64,000 bases of DNA from Tubiluchus corallicola (lineage: Eukaryota > Animalia > Priapulida): NCBI GenBank assembly GCA_030141605.1, contig JAQGDQ010002373.1, positions 157,921 to 221,920 on the forward strand, given 5' to 3'. The position numbers were made by a program, and so were the translations under genes. Shown here piece by piece: positions 1 through 13,930 of this stretch (the first letter of the stretch is position 1; every line of letters begins with the position of its first letter). The notes under the pieces are model-generated. The model ran no database searches and was not told the DNA's origin. It saw only the letters and a list, made by a program, of their open reading frames with translations.

Positions 1-120
1 CCTAACATTATTTTACTGTCTTCTGTACTGTTTTATTATCTATATATTCTAATCTCAGAGTCTCTAAGTCATTACTATTTAACCAGCTATAGTGACAATT
101 TGACGAATATCTTTTTTCAG

Positions 121-2955
121 AATTTGAATTATCCTGAACAGAAAGTGGTGACTGTAGGTCAGTTTAGGATTGGCCTCTGTCATGGACATCAAGTCGTGCC
201 GTGGGGTGATACAGAAAGTTTAGCAATAATTCAGGTAGGAATAAAACTAAAATTTATACCCAAAATTATATTCATTTCATTTGTTTGTTTATTCCTGGCT
301 TGGTGTTAATTTAGTTGTTAGGGACCCGTTTTCAAGGAGCAGAAAAATGATGTTTCTGGATCATCTGCTTAAAGAACTGATGAGTCAATGCATTCGGTAT
401 TTTTGAAATAATAAATTGCTGTTCATAATTATAACAACAATACAATTATGATACTAGTTAAGTGGTTTTCAATGTAATTGAATCAAAACAACTGCAAACT
501 CGTTGAGCCACACACCTTATCCACACCGCACACTACCACACCACATCTGAAGTCATTGAGAGGAACCTGATCAAGGTTTGGGCTTCAAGCACCTCTAACC
601 TCAAACCCGGCTACATATCAATTAGTTCATGGCAATAAGCCTTTTCACTGTTTCGCTATGTGCGCACCCAGTTACTGTACATCAAAAGTTAACTGGACCC
701 AGAGCATCTTACTTAACTGCAACGGTCACATGACCTTATGCATGTGTCAATATGTAGGTGAAACTGGTGAAATACATGGTTATTTTTATTATATACTACA
801 CGTGTATAGTTTTAAACTAGCATTTTATTCTTATATGAAAACACCTAACAAAATAGCAGCAACAATCCATGTTTAATGAAATAAGGGAAACAAATATTGA
901 TGCCAAGAACTGCTGCTACAACAGCATGGGCCTCAAGGTGTTGTCAAGTGTAAGCAAATGCGTTGTTTGGTTCAGATAACTTTGTTAGGTTCACTTACCC
1001 TTTGACTGTTTCACAATCTTCATCAATCGCTGAAACTGTGAAAAGGCTAATTGCAATTTAAGATATTCTACGCACTAAGAAATTGAGTGACATATTGTCC
1101 TGGTAGGTATAGCATCTTTCAAGCCCTTATTACATTATTTTATAATACACTGAAGAGAAGAGGACAACTGCATATGCTGCAAAGGTTGTTAAGATTTATA
1201 GTTAAAGTAGTTCCTGATACTACACCCAAAATGTGCATTATACATAGTAGTGATCTACATATGTAGGCTTCTGTACAAACTTTGTTTCTGCATATAGTGC
1301 ATATGTTACTAGTCTATCACTTGTGATAGCATCAGCCTATTATTTGGAAAGCAATGAGGTTTTAATTTTGGTCAGATCGATTCTTGATTGAATGAATTAG
1401 CCCTGATGGCATCAGAAAACACTTAAAATAGCCAAGGTAGATATTTCTAGAAAACTGTAATAATGATGATAGAAAAAGTCCAGTACAACAGATATATTTG
1501 TACATTGCAAAGTACATTGTATATAAATGATGTACTTTTGATTTTCAAACATTCGTGTTTTGAATACTTAGCAATGTGCTTAATGCTATCGTAATCGTTA
1601 GAATGTGGGTTTTGCAAAAATTTTAAATACAAAGCACTAATTTTTTAATTAGTTACTTGCTTAGATTAATTAATTGGTTAACAAATTAATTGGCTTATTA
1701 ATATTTTGAAGAATACTCGAGCATTAATAAAAGTAAGTGTACAAAATGACTTGCATGTATAACTATAGTACGCTTTTACTGAAAGAAATAATTTACGACT
1801 TTCTAGTAACATTTTAAACTGTAGCAGTTATTTACCTTGTCATTTGTTCCATTCGTTGTGAACTTCCATATTAATTATCAATTTTCTTACAGAGACAGCT
1901 TGACGTTGATATTTTAATTAGCGGACACACCCACAAGTTCGAGGCATTTGAACATGAAGGCAAATTTTATATCAACCCCGGTACTGCCACAGGAGCATAT
2001 AATCCCTCGGATAGGTAACTAATTTTATTTTGTTGAAGCCTAGGTTTCACAGTTTTCGCAACTTTGGCGACTGTCCGAAAATTTCTAAGTCCAACAGTCA
2101 CTGAACAGAAGTGCCAAAAGTTCCCACATGGTCGCCAAACATGCTAATGTCTCCAAAAGGTCGTAGGCAATTTGGTAGGATTTTTTAAAATGTTTAAGGT
2201 TTGTTACTGAGTTGCAAAACTTTCCACCTTTCCAAAATTTCTCCAAAGTGTCGTTATTTTGTCTGGTCATGCTCCAAACCTGTGTATATATGTCGCCAAT
2301 TATTTATGACATTTGCCAACTCTTTCAAAATTTGCGAAAACTTGGAGAACATTTTGAGATGCTTGTGAGAATGCTACGTCGACTTTGCTACTATTTTTCA
2401 ACATTTTGATGCCCTGTTGCATAAGTATCACAAAAGTCGTCGCACGATTTGAAAAGGCAATTTATGCCTGAGGAAAAAAAGCCTAAAATTCACGAAAAGA
2501 GAGCCGAAAATCATGCTAGTACAAAATTATATGTAACTTCGCATGTATGTTTGTGACCTTGTAACAAGAGAAAGTCGAATGAATTTTTTGGTAGCTGTTG
2601 AATTTAGATTTCCGGTCGTTTCAAAAAATTAAGCTACTTAAAACCCTTAAGAATGCATAAAGTTTGTCAGTGTTCACTGCAGAATAACTTGAAAGAAGAT
2701 TTACATCGTCTTCTTAGCTGCATAAGTGTTGCCGTTCTTACAAATGGCTTTCACTAAAATTTTTTTTGTCTCTATTTTATTTAACTTCTTTAGTCATACA
2801 AATTTTACAAATATCTATTATAGTTATATTTGTATTTCAGTACAGTAACACCGTCATTTGTTTTAATGGATATACAAGCTTCGACTGTTGTCACTTACGT
2901 GTATCAACTCATTGGTGATGAAGTAAAGGTGGAACGGATAGAATATAAGAAGTAG
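121..2955 (+). CDS. VPS29: Vacuolar protein sorting 29 (retromer subunit), last three coding exons; 5' part lies outside the window
   Basis: Exons 121-234, 1893-2014 and 2841-2955, all with AG/GT borders and matching phases. They give [30 protein letters not shown]...[36 protein letters not shown]...[34 protein letters not shown], near-identical to known VPS29. Confidence 0.97.
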
Positions 2956-3823
2956 ATAGAACTGTTTATACTACTTTGTAAAAACTTTAATTCATTATTG
3001 GTAAATATGTCTTGCAAATATTCAACATACCTTAAGTTTCAAAGGACCATAAATAATTATTTTTAAAATGTGGTATATATCAAATGTAGAATTTTTTCTG
3101 ACCAATTGTGAGCTTGGAAGCCCTAAGCTCAAACAAAAGTGTTTTTATCAATTTACAGCCAATCTTGTTTAACTTGTGTAAGTAGTATTGCAACTATGTG
3201 TGCAGTATCTCTATCTTGTTTAAGTTCTATGTCCGACACCTGAAATATTGCTGTGAATTAATGATGAGAAGTATGGTTAGTATGATTACATATGTTTACG
3301 TAACACTGATTTTTCTCAGAATTTCATATTGGGTATGAGTTAGCCGAAAATCAAAAGTTTTCCACCAAAAACTTGCACGTTATTTGCTCATCTGCTATCG
3401 TCATACCCCCCGAAAAAATGGTATGGTGAACACAAAGGACTTAATAAAATTAAAATCAATGCATTTCAGCTGCAAGAATTATTGATTTTTTATACCAGAT
3501 CCACTCAGTGGCGGTTGAATCACATGGCATCGGTCTGTGGAACCACTCTTTGTGGACTGAAAAACTGCATGTGCGAATCTCTGTTATTTGCAATCCAAAA
3601 AATTGTGTATTGCTGTCCCTACTTTGTTTAACTGTTACACAGAGGTCACTCCAAACTTGAAGTTTTTTTCATTAACGTTGCTTTAGAGTTGTGTATATTT
3701 CTTCTTATGAACTAAATATCATGTATATATTGCTTTTTAAGTCATATGTAACTGTTATGAAGTAATATTATGTGTTAGAGTACAGATAAATTTGTCCTGT
3801 TGTGGAGAGAAATCTGAATGCTG

Positions 3824-3829
3824 AATAAA
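3824..3829 (+). terminator. Candidate VPS29 polyadenylation signal (AATAAA)
   Basis: AATAAA about 870 nt after the stop codon, followed by GT/T-rich sequence. Confidence 0.45.
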
Positions 3830-3905
3830 TAGTGTTGACTTTAAATTACATGTAGTTTTAAGTGTGTATTACTGTTAAAAATCTTTGAACATTTGTCACA
3901 GATAC

Positions 3906-3997
<92 letters not shown>
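3906..3997. repeat. (AAT)n switching directly to (ATT)n microsatellite, forming a palindrome
   Basis: 13 AAT units followed by about 17 ATT/TAT units. It explains the poly-Ile, poly-Asn and poly-Tyr ORFs. Confidence 0.95.
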
Positions 3998-3998
<1 letters not shown>

Positions 3999-3999
3999 G

Positions 4000-4325
4000 T
4001 TACAGTTTACAGTTTATTATTTATAGGCATACTGTACTATCAGTGGTGCTGTACAGAAATAAAAGAAAATCACTTAAAATCTGAAAATTACTTTAAGTTA
4101 TCACAAGAAAAATCATCGGTAAAAATTATGTTATCACACTAGTGAAAAGTTCTAGCATAAAATGATAAAGTGTTAAAATTACGTAAATGCTTGCTGAAAC
4201 AGGTGAGTTTTAAGTGAGTTTCTTAAATTATTTAACATTTGTAGCCAATTTCAGATTCATAGGCAACCAGTTCCATAAATGTGCTCCACAAACACTGAAA
4301 GTCCTATCCCCAAATGTTGACAACT
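4000..4325 (-). mobile_element. 3' end fragment of an L2/CR1-type LINE
   Basis: The minus strand reads TFGDRTFSVCGAHLWNWLPMNLK...LKTHLFQQAF, the typical ORF2 C-terminus (RxFSxxxxxLWNxLP...LKTHLF). It runs into the (TAA)n tract, which could be its tail. Confidence 0.7.
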
Positions 4326-5239
4326 GGTGGACTTCGTGACTTTCCGTAAGCGCATTGTGGCTTCCCATAAGTACCAATGATGTGACAAGAATTCACAGTG
4401 GGCTGCTTTTCTTCAACCGATGAATGACCATTAGTGGAAGAATAGACTAAATCCTTCTAACATTTTTCGCAAGCATTGAGATAATCCTAACTTCACAGAA
4501 GGCTCGGCCTTTCCGCCAATTTAAACTGCAGTTTAGTTTCTCTGTATTTAACCATCACTGTCAACTTCCATGAGAATATCCATTAGGAACAACACCTGTT
4601 CTGGAACAAACAAAGCAAACCTGTATCAATTATAAACAGCTCAGGCGTGTTTGCCTTGTAAAAGTTCTTTTTATGTGTAACCATATCATTGTCAAACTGT
4701 GTAAATTACATAATGCAGAGAAAAGGGCAAATCGATAAGCATTTGTTAAGTTAGATGCCGTAACACTATTTTTGTTAAACTCAAAGCATTATAACATTGT
4801 ACTGATGATAACTTTTTCAAATCAGACTTGGAGAAGATTATACTGAAGAACGTTCGTTTCACTTCACTAATGGCATTGGGGAGTAGATTAGATTTGCAGC
4901 AACAATCATTACCTGCCTGTTTGTCTGTTCATCGTGAACACATGTTAAAAACAAAACAAAGATTTCTGCGAAAATGTATTCAAATTTCGCCCTAAACTGC
5001 TAGTTCCTGATGAGGCTGAAAAGTCAAAGTCGTAGTCAACTTTAGTAAATTTTGCATTATCTATAGCATTTTTAAAAAGACTAATTACATAACCAAATTT
5101 AACAGGAAGGAGCCCCCTCCTTTTTGCTGGGACCGCTCTATCTAATGTGAACATGAATGTCACTGCGCGAGAGAAATAAGCAGTGACATCTGCCTTTATC
5201 TCCTTAATTGCCACTCAACGAACATAGGTGTTTTGAAGA

Positions 5240-5770
5240 GTGTTGTGTTTACGACGTACATAACAGTGCAGCATTTGCAATAGTCGCAACGGTATTGAGG
5301 TAGCGCAATAGTGCAAGTGTGTTGCAAGTGTATTTCGGTGGTGCGACACCAATACTCAATGCAGTGATTACACTACCACCCCAACGCAGTTGTGCTTTCG
5401 AGATTACATGGTCACACTTTCCCAATACGGTTGCAGTGCATCGCACCATAATTTCCCTGTCGTACTCCAATGCTATTCCATGGTTGCACCTTCTCAGGGC
5501 TATTGCACCATTGCGCCACTTAACACAATTGCTTTGTCGCACCACCCCAATACGATTGCACCATCCCAGCACTGTTGCACCACCCTAATCTGGCTGCAGT
5601 CCTCACGCCACATCATGCTTGCATCATCGCACACCCTAACACGACTGCACTTTACTGATTTCTATTCAATTTATTTCGAGCCCTTCTATGTGCATGAACG
5701 TGCTGCTTGTTCACGGTCACGCATTCGGCATTGTATTACACATCTTTAATTATTGCAATCACTGCACGGC
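5240..5770. repeat. Degenerate short-period repeat rich in TGCA/CGCA/GCAC
   Basis: GC-richer island with dense recurring ttgcacca, cgcac and gtgca words. The overlapping ORFs on both strands have no recognisable domain. Confidence 0.5.
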
Positions 5771-6436
5771 TTTCCTTACATTATTTTACTTGGCTTCTTT
5801 TATCCTGGTTAACTGCGGGTAGTTCATAGAATATAAAATGATGAATGGAAGCTTAGCTTTGGCTTCAGCAACAGAAACTCAACCGGCTGTAAATTAAGAC
5901 GTGTCAGACTCTTTGTGAAGCAAGGAAAATCACCTTCTTCTGGTGATTTATTCCTTCTACAAACTTGTGCGATCTGTTACGTGATTGTGAAAAGTGTACA
6001 AAAAACTTCAGTGGTGTGATGTACCCGGATGTCTAGAGCTGAAGCCTGGAAATGGTTTGCTGCCGCACCTGGCCGAATTCCCAAAAACATGTATTTGTAG
6101 AATACAACTTTCTAAGTTCCTTGATACCAAAGAAAAAATAAATCAAGTAATTTCCTGATAATTCTTTATAAACTAGATACGGATATTTTAACTATACTTA
6201 ATAATAAACGAAAAATGAAATTGAAAAAGTAAAAAAAAACCGAGGACTTTTTAAGAGATAATAAGCCTTTCACATTAGCACTAATTCCTGTTCAATGTCC
6301 CACTTTTTACATGTCCCGTGTAAAAAGGATTTGTAAAACAAAACACCAAGAAGACCATAACTGCATATTAAATAACAATCTCATCTCACTACATCGCCAA
6401 AAAGGCGCATTTTCAATCCCATTTATCATCACTGAC

Positions 6437-7133
6437 CCATCCTGGACTCATTTAGTATGAGAGACTCATCCTAGACGCAATTAGCATAAAAAACATCCTA
6501 GATTCATTTGGTATGAAGGACTCATCCTGTACTCATTTAGTATGAGAGACTCACGTGAACTCATGTAGTATGAGTGACTTATCGTGGACTCATTTAGTAT
6601 GCAACGCTCATCTTTGACTCGTTTAGTTCGACTGACTCATCCTTGACTAATTTATTATAAAAGACTCATCCTCGACTCATTTAGTATCAAAAACTCATCT
6701 TGGACTCACTTAGTATGAGAGACTCATCCTGGATTTATTTAGTGTGAAAGAGTTATCCAGGACACATTTAATATGAGAGCCTCATCTTGTACCCATTTAG
6801 TATGAGTGACTTATCGTGTACTCATTTAATATGAAAGAGAAATCCTGGACTCATTTGGCATAAGAGACTCATTTTGTACTCATTTAGTATGAGAGGTTCA
6901 TCCTGGACTTATTTAGTATGAGTGACTCATCGTGGATTCATTTAGTATGAGAAACCGGGGCTGATTTAGTTTGGAAGATCCATCCTGGACTCCTTTAGTA
7001 TCGGAGACCCGTCCTGGATTCATTTAGTATGGGTAATCCCTCATGGACTCATTTAATATAGGAGACCCGTGCTAGACATATTAGTATGTGAGACTTTTCT
7101 TAGACACATTTAGTAGCCCTCCAGACTCATTTA
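6437..7133. repeat. 29-bp minisatellite, about 24 diverged copies
   Basis: Consensus CATCCTGGACTCATTTAGTATGAGAGACT repeated head-to-tail with no unique spacers. Confidence 0.93.
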
Positions 7134-8004
7134 GCTCGCTTCCAGTCTTTTTCGATACTTATATTTATGTTGAAGGCTGCTTTTCTGCAAAATTTCGCGC
7201 AGTGCCAATACAAATAGATTGCTTTTTAAAGTCTTAAAAAAGATCATTTTGCACATCGTTTCACCATTTAGGATTATTAATACGTGTATTTGAGGATAGT
7301 TGTTTAATTGGCTGAAGTTTGCAAAATCGTAGTTACTTTTCTTATAGCTTATAAGAAAAAAGTTTATTAAAATCACAAAAACACTGGTAACCTCCTGGCA
7401 TAGCCAATCATATATAGCACACTAATTTAAAAAACAATCCGCCTGGAGAAAGCAGGCAAAGCACTTGGTGTTTTAGTTATAAGAAACTTAATAATTATAT
7501 GAAATTATATCAAAATTAATGTTTGACACAATTGATGTATCGATTACGTTCAGCAATTTAATAGACTGTGCGAAATCAACTGCTCTTCTTTGTATTTGAT
7601 TTTTTTATATTAGTCGCTTGTGGAAAAATCGAAAACATAAAACTGTCAGCGAGAAACATGCAATCCCACAAGGCAGAATTCCAGGAACATATTTGTCACC
7701 ATCATGTTAAGAAAAAAACGATTAAAGCTTAATATTTGTTTAGTAATGAACGGATTCAGTAGAATATTTATATAGAATTTATATAGAGGGAATGTAAGAA
7801 AAGAAAGATGGGAACAATGATGCCTCAAACTTGACTTTCATTTTCAATTATTTCAATTTTTCTGTACACAAAGATGCAGTTTTAATTAATCATTATAATC
7901 GTAATATTAATAGTACAAACCCAAAATTAATTAACTTTGATCTTGAAAGACAGGAAATATGAATGGTTGGCATATAGTCTGAATTTGAATCAGATGGCTT
8001 TTCC

Positions 8005-9762
8005 TTACATGAATCATAATATGAATAATATGAATTTATTCCACAGCAACACATAAACATACATACAAATTGTTATTACACTGAAAAGAATTATAAACTA
8101 AACGAGTTACTGTGAGGAAGAGGAAGGAGCATTAAGCTTTCGAGTTCTCCTCCAGATAAGTGAAACAATTGGCAATTAACATTACATAGTATTTTCATAG
8201 TAGTACATTAGAACAAAAAAGTTTTATTAGTAACTTAAGATCAGGATGAGTAAAATTGTGAATTAATTATAACCGTTGTAGTAAGTAATTATTTGATGCT
8301 TTTTTAAATTGATAAAGACTAAGTTTTCATTTCACGCAGAATTGATGACCATATTTAAATAGCGTCATATTTTGATTACTATTTCATTATATTTGTTTTT
8401 GGAAGAGGGAGTACATAGTTTCCGACAGACTATCTTGTGTAATGACCATGTTGCTTTGAAACTGGACTAAAGTATGACTGAAAGCTGGTGGAAGTAGTGA
8501 ATTATGATGTTGATACATGAAATGAAGACAATACATGTCATATATTTCTTTCACTTTAAGAGTTTTAACAGACAAGTAAATTATATTTGAGGGATGGTCA
8601 TACCTTACATGATATATTAGTTTGAGAAATTTGTTCTGAGTAATTTGTAAAGCTTCCAGATTACGTTTATACACACCACCCAAGACGTGACGCCATATAT
8701 TAGATATGGGTAAACTAGACTGTAATAGATTTTCATCAATGTTTCTCTATTAATAAACTTGCTAATTTATAGATGATTCCCAAGGTTTTACTCAATTTTT
8801 CCTTTATTATACTTATTTGGTACTTCCAGTCTAGGTGCTCATCAAGAAATATTACCAAATATTTAACATGTGACTTTTTTCAACAGTAACATTACTAAGA
8901 ACTGTGGTGATATTTCTTGATGGTGTTCTCCTTTTTTTTAGAATCATGAAATTTGATTTATATTATTCAGTGAGAGTTTATTTACATTCAGCCATTCTGA
9001 TACTTTATTTAACTGGGTATTCATAAAATCTCCAAGTTATCTATATTTGAATGGCTTAAAATGTTTGTATCATCTGCAAAAAGTCTGAAGATTAAATTTG
9101 AGCAACTTAGTGGCATATCACTTATATATAGAAGAAATAAAAGTGGCCCTAGAGTAGAACCTTGGGGAACACCGTGCTTAATTGGAAGTGTATTGGATTT
9201 ACATTCATTTAATTCCACATACTGGAGACGATCACAAAGATAACTTTTGAACCATGATTGAGCTGAATGTCTTATACCATGATAATGCAATTTGTCTAGA
9301 ACAATACAATGATTTACCGTATCAAATGTCTTTGATAAATCTATAAACAGACCACAGACATACCGATCATTATCAACCGCCTCTGCAATTTTATTAGTTA
9401 TTTTAATTAATGCTAATGCTGTTGAATGCGATTCTACGAAAACCGAATTGATGGTCATATAAAATTTTGTTTTGTAGAAGAAAATAGGACAGTTGATTAA
9501 ATGCGATTTTTTCAAGTATTTTAGAAAAAACACTTAATAGCAAAATTGGTCGATAATTAGATAACTTAGCTTTATTATTTGATTTATAAACAGGAATTAC
9601 TTTAGTGAGTTTAAGCTGTTCAGGAAAAATACCAGTATTAAATGATTGACTATATATTAAAGTTAATGGCTTGGAAATGACGGAACTGGCAATTTGAACA
9701 AAAAAAATTACTGACACCATCTGCACCAGGGGCTTTGTTACCCTTAAGTCCTGTTAATAATG
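8005..9762 (-). mobile_element. 5'-truncated, frameshifted CR1/L2-superfamily LINE (reverse transcriptase remnant)
   Basis: Minus-strand fragments KAPGADG, NYRPILLLSVFSKILEK, QFGFR, FIDLSKTFDTVNH, GVPQGSTLGPLLFLLYI and LFADDT, plus a C-terminal ORF at 8387-8683. The 3' end has AATAAA and a short ATTCATATT-type tandem tail near 8007-8040. Confidence 0.93.
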
Positions 9763-9769
9763 AGAGCAT

Positions 9770-9825
9770 GAGAGCACTTCTAGGGCAGATGCCTTAGACC
9801 AGTAGGCCATTGTACTCCCCAGTGG
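9770..9825 (-). mobile_element. tRNA-derived SINE head fragment
   Basis: The minus strand reads TGGCCTACTGGTCTAAGGCATCTG, resembling a Pol III A box/D-arm. There is no complete cloverleaf. Confidence 0.35.
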
Positions 9826-12800
9826 TCCAGGCAGTCGTCTAAACTCTTATAGCTCTATCGCTTATAACTGGCCAACCAAATTCTGAATTTCCAATGTTAG
9901 ATCGCTCACACTAAAATCAATGCAGTTTTTAATATGATTACTTAGTACTCATTGTAACAGCCTTGAAGCATTGAAGACAAAACACACTAAAAGGCAAACT
10001 AGACTAATCAAATTAAAATGATGTTAAAACTAAATTTATAGTAATTAAAATCAAAATTTTTGTGCGCGATATGTTGCAAAAAATGTGTCCGTCAGAGGGG
10101 AAAATGTCGTTTGAAATAATTTTAGAGTTACAAATGGTTCAAGACAAGGCAGTAAAATGTCGCCTGTATTTTAACTCATCTAATAATTAACAATTACTGA
10201 ATTTAAAATAGGATATTTTGTTGTTATGTGCGTCAATCAGCTTATCTACGCAGATGAAATGTGCATGGAAGCATTTACTGCCAACGCTCTTCAGAATCCA
10301 AAGCAAACTTACGTTGGGTATTTCACCGTAGGCGCTTATCTGCAGACAAGATGGATAATAAGCATCAAAACCCACTCGTTGTTATTGATAGAGGGCTACT
10401 TAACAATATAAAATCACTGGAATCTTTGCAAATTGTCAGGACATGTAGGTCAGATCTCTTTTTTATATAGTGCGATGCGACACACTGTGCACGCCTTAAC
10501 CCAGTTTTCAACACCAAGCTTATTACTAATGCGTGACTAGAACACGGATGATAATCAAGGTTGATTCCACAAAAAACAATGAACCGGCTGAGATAAGGTA
10601 GGCAGATTCAGATGTTCACACACACTTTGTATGAAAGGAATTTACAAAGGATATTGTGTCGACCTTGGTCTACCGTATTTTATACATCTGTAAGATAACC
10701 TATAAAAACATTTATTTTTATTACACAATCTATCACAAGTGCAATAAAATGTTAAAGGCATTTGTTTACTCACTGACGTGTCGTATTGAGTATGTAATTA
10801 TAATATCATTTTTATAGATCATTTTATAATTATAATATAATTTTTATTATTGTAATTCCCGTGTTTAAAATTATGTTAATGTGTGCCATTCTTTGTGTAG
10901 ACGTACCACTTCATGCGTACAAATTACTGGTTATTATGGATGCAGAAATCTCAAACAAAAATGCTAGTTCTCTTCAATGCGTAGTCAGCAACTGTAAACG
11001 CACCTCGGGGGTTTTCTCTGCTAAAAGTCCACAATTATCGACCGGAATCCCTACTCAAGCAGCCCCTGTTTAGTTTTTAAACTGCCCCTTTGGTTGCGCA
11101 TTCTTTACGCATAAATTTACCATGTCACAATACGTTTAAAAACCAACAGCGCATGCCTTGGCTTCATGCTTTATAACATGAGTGGTAACGTTGGAAGATG
11201 CTGTGGTATTTGAATACAACAACCGCGCACTAGCTGCAAGTGAAGCCAGCTGCTGGACGAAAACGTTAACTCTTTTGACACGACAATTTTTTCTACGTTG
11301 CGTATATCATTGATTGAAGTTTACTTCCTGCTGTGAACATTGCCCAACGTTCTTTTAAGTAAAGGTATGAGTAATTTATCTTTAACATATGAGCTTTCCT
11401 GCTTTATTCTTTAACGTTACAGGATCTGCTATGGCTTCATATATTTGGTTTCGCTTTGAACGTTAAATATTACTAATTGTTTTTTGTTAGAGTACAATTT
11501 ACGAAGCACTAGGCGGACTCTAAAACTAGAATCTCACTCGTAGACAAGCTGACACATTCACGACGTAGTGGCAATAATAATTTAGTAATAATGATAAATC
11601 ATTTGTAGAGCGCAAAAATCGACAGAATAGTTCAGTGTCTATAGTACACAATAATACATAAAATTTAGGTTTAGAATTAGTGACTACTATAAATTTATAA
11701 ACACACAATAATGCAAGCATATATATACTAAAAAATTCACCAGGCAGATTAATTAAACGATAAAAACGGTAAAAAGGTAAGATTTGAGACTAATTTTAAT
11801 ACAGTAAAAATCAGTGTGTGATCGCAAGTTAAAAGAGAATTTATTCCATTCACGTGGAGCTGCACTGGTAAAAGCACGTATAAAGATAATAAGCAATAGT
11901 TTAAAAATAATACGTTATTTGACAGGAAGCTAGTCCATTAAGATTCGAGTTATATAATCAAAACGTCAAGTTTTAGTAACAATTCTTGCAGCAGTATTCT
12001 GAAGACGTTGTAAACGATTAGTTTCTTAAGCAGGAATATTAATTTATAAAAAATACAATAGTCAAGCCAAGTTGCTCAATTGCAGATAATGTTATAAATT
12101 TACGAACTACGCCAATTCTGCGAAGAAGTAAACTAAACGATTTACAAATGTTATTAATGTGAGCTTTCATAGGGCCAAATCATGGCTAATTCCCAAATTT
12201 CTAACTTCAAAACTTACAGAAACAGGAGAATTTCCAGCCTGTACATTAGCAACCCTGCCATCAGACATGACGTGACGCTAACACGTAGTTTCTATCCGAT
12301 AGGAACTCTTGGCTTATTGTTTACGGACCACTTTGGAGTACAAGCACAGGCACCAACGTGCCCTTGAAAGTCATGCAAAATGTTTAATTTGAAGAAGTTG
12401 GGTACAGTTGCATGAAAAAAGTGAGAATAGATCATATACATAATGTTTGTGAGAATAATCTTTTTCTTTGTGTTTGAGGCAATCATCACTTTGTAAGGAT
12501 ACTTATACGTTGTGTGCGAGACAATCATCATTCAGTAACATAAAATAACATTCCTTGTTTACAAGCAAAATGTCGTGTTTCTGTCCTCCGTGCCTCAAAA
12601 TATCAAGAATCCTTGACGTAGACCGTATCAACTCATCTACTACGATTATAGTGTATACCAAGCGTTTCAAGTAGACATCAATGTCTTTCTTTATCTCTAT
12701 CGATTAATTCCATTGCAAACTGTGCAACACTGTCATTTATATTAGAGAGTATTATGATATTTTCTAATTGTTGTATTAAGAAACAATACGTCATGCTAGA

Positions 12801-13779
12801 GATTTTTGCATTCGCGCTAAGCTTAAACTGTCGTGTATGGACTGTAACACGCGGGTTTAGTGTCACATAAGCAAAATAGTTCTGGAAATATAAATAGCTT
12901 TGAATAATGCTCGTCGCAATAATTAAAGGAAAACCGGGTCATTGTGTAGACATTTGACTAAAAATAACGTATGCTCTAAAATACTGAAAACTGCAATAGC
13001 TTTTTAAACCAAAGCTCATATTAAATAATAATTACCTCGGACAGTTACATTGTGTTAAACGTTCAAAGCTATGCCTGGCTCAGTGAATCGACTAAGACTG
13101 GTAATGGCGCCTTCTTGTCACCTTTCGCGTGGCCGACAGATAGGCGCGGCACCTTAATAAGCATGATCATGAACAGCAGTGTTTTCCCTTTTTATCAGTA
13201 GAGCCAATTTTCGTGACATCACGTCGGCGTCTTATAGCAATCTTCGCTTACGCAAACGTGCTTAGGGAAGATGTGTACCATCGCACAAATTGTGATTAGT
13301 TTGTGACATAACCGATAGCTGTGTTCGGTTGCCATTAATTAACATTCCAAGCGAATTATTGAAATTTAAGAAACAGAAAATATAAGAAACTGTTATAGAC
13401 AAGAAAATGTATATTTTGGACCGTAAAAAGGAAGTTGGGTTTAACCAATCGTCCCGTTTTCCTTTCAATTTGCACGTTACTTTTTACTTTACCATAAACA
13501 TGCTTGCCTGTGCAGATATGAAGATTTCAAGCAGCCATTACTGATTAGTGTAGGCGTTTCAGTCCTCTCCTACAATTATAATGTGGCACTAGTACTTAAC
13601 GCGTTCAACACGCAAACAGCATTAAGTTTACGGCTGTTATAGCTCTAGTTACTATTAATCAATACACACAAGTACAATAAATTTGAAGGCAAAGCGATTT
13701 TGAGTTCAGAGTATTGCTAACTCATTCGCGTTATTAGAGCACGTTATTTGATTTGTAGAGGTAGTAGAATCATGTAGAA

Positions 13780-13930
13780 TGGACTGGATTGGATTAGATT
13801 GGATTGGATTGGATTGGATCGGATCGGATCGGATCGGATCGGATCGGATCGGATCGGATCGGATCGGATCGGATCGGATCAGATCAGATCAGATCAGATT
13901 AGATTAGATTATATTATATTAGATTAGAAA
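13780..13930. repeat. Compound pentanucleotide microsatellite GGATT > GGATC > AGATC > AGATT
   Basis: Directly visible tandem 5-mers. Confidence 0.95.

Noticed and set aside
6437-7133. CRISPR array (29-bp palindromic repeat)
   Set aside because: The units are contiguous with no unique spacers, the copies are diverged, there are no cas genes, and the context is eukaryotic.
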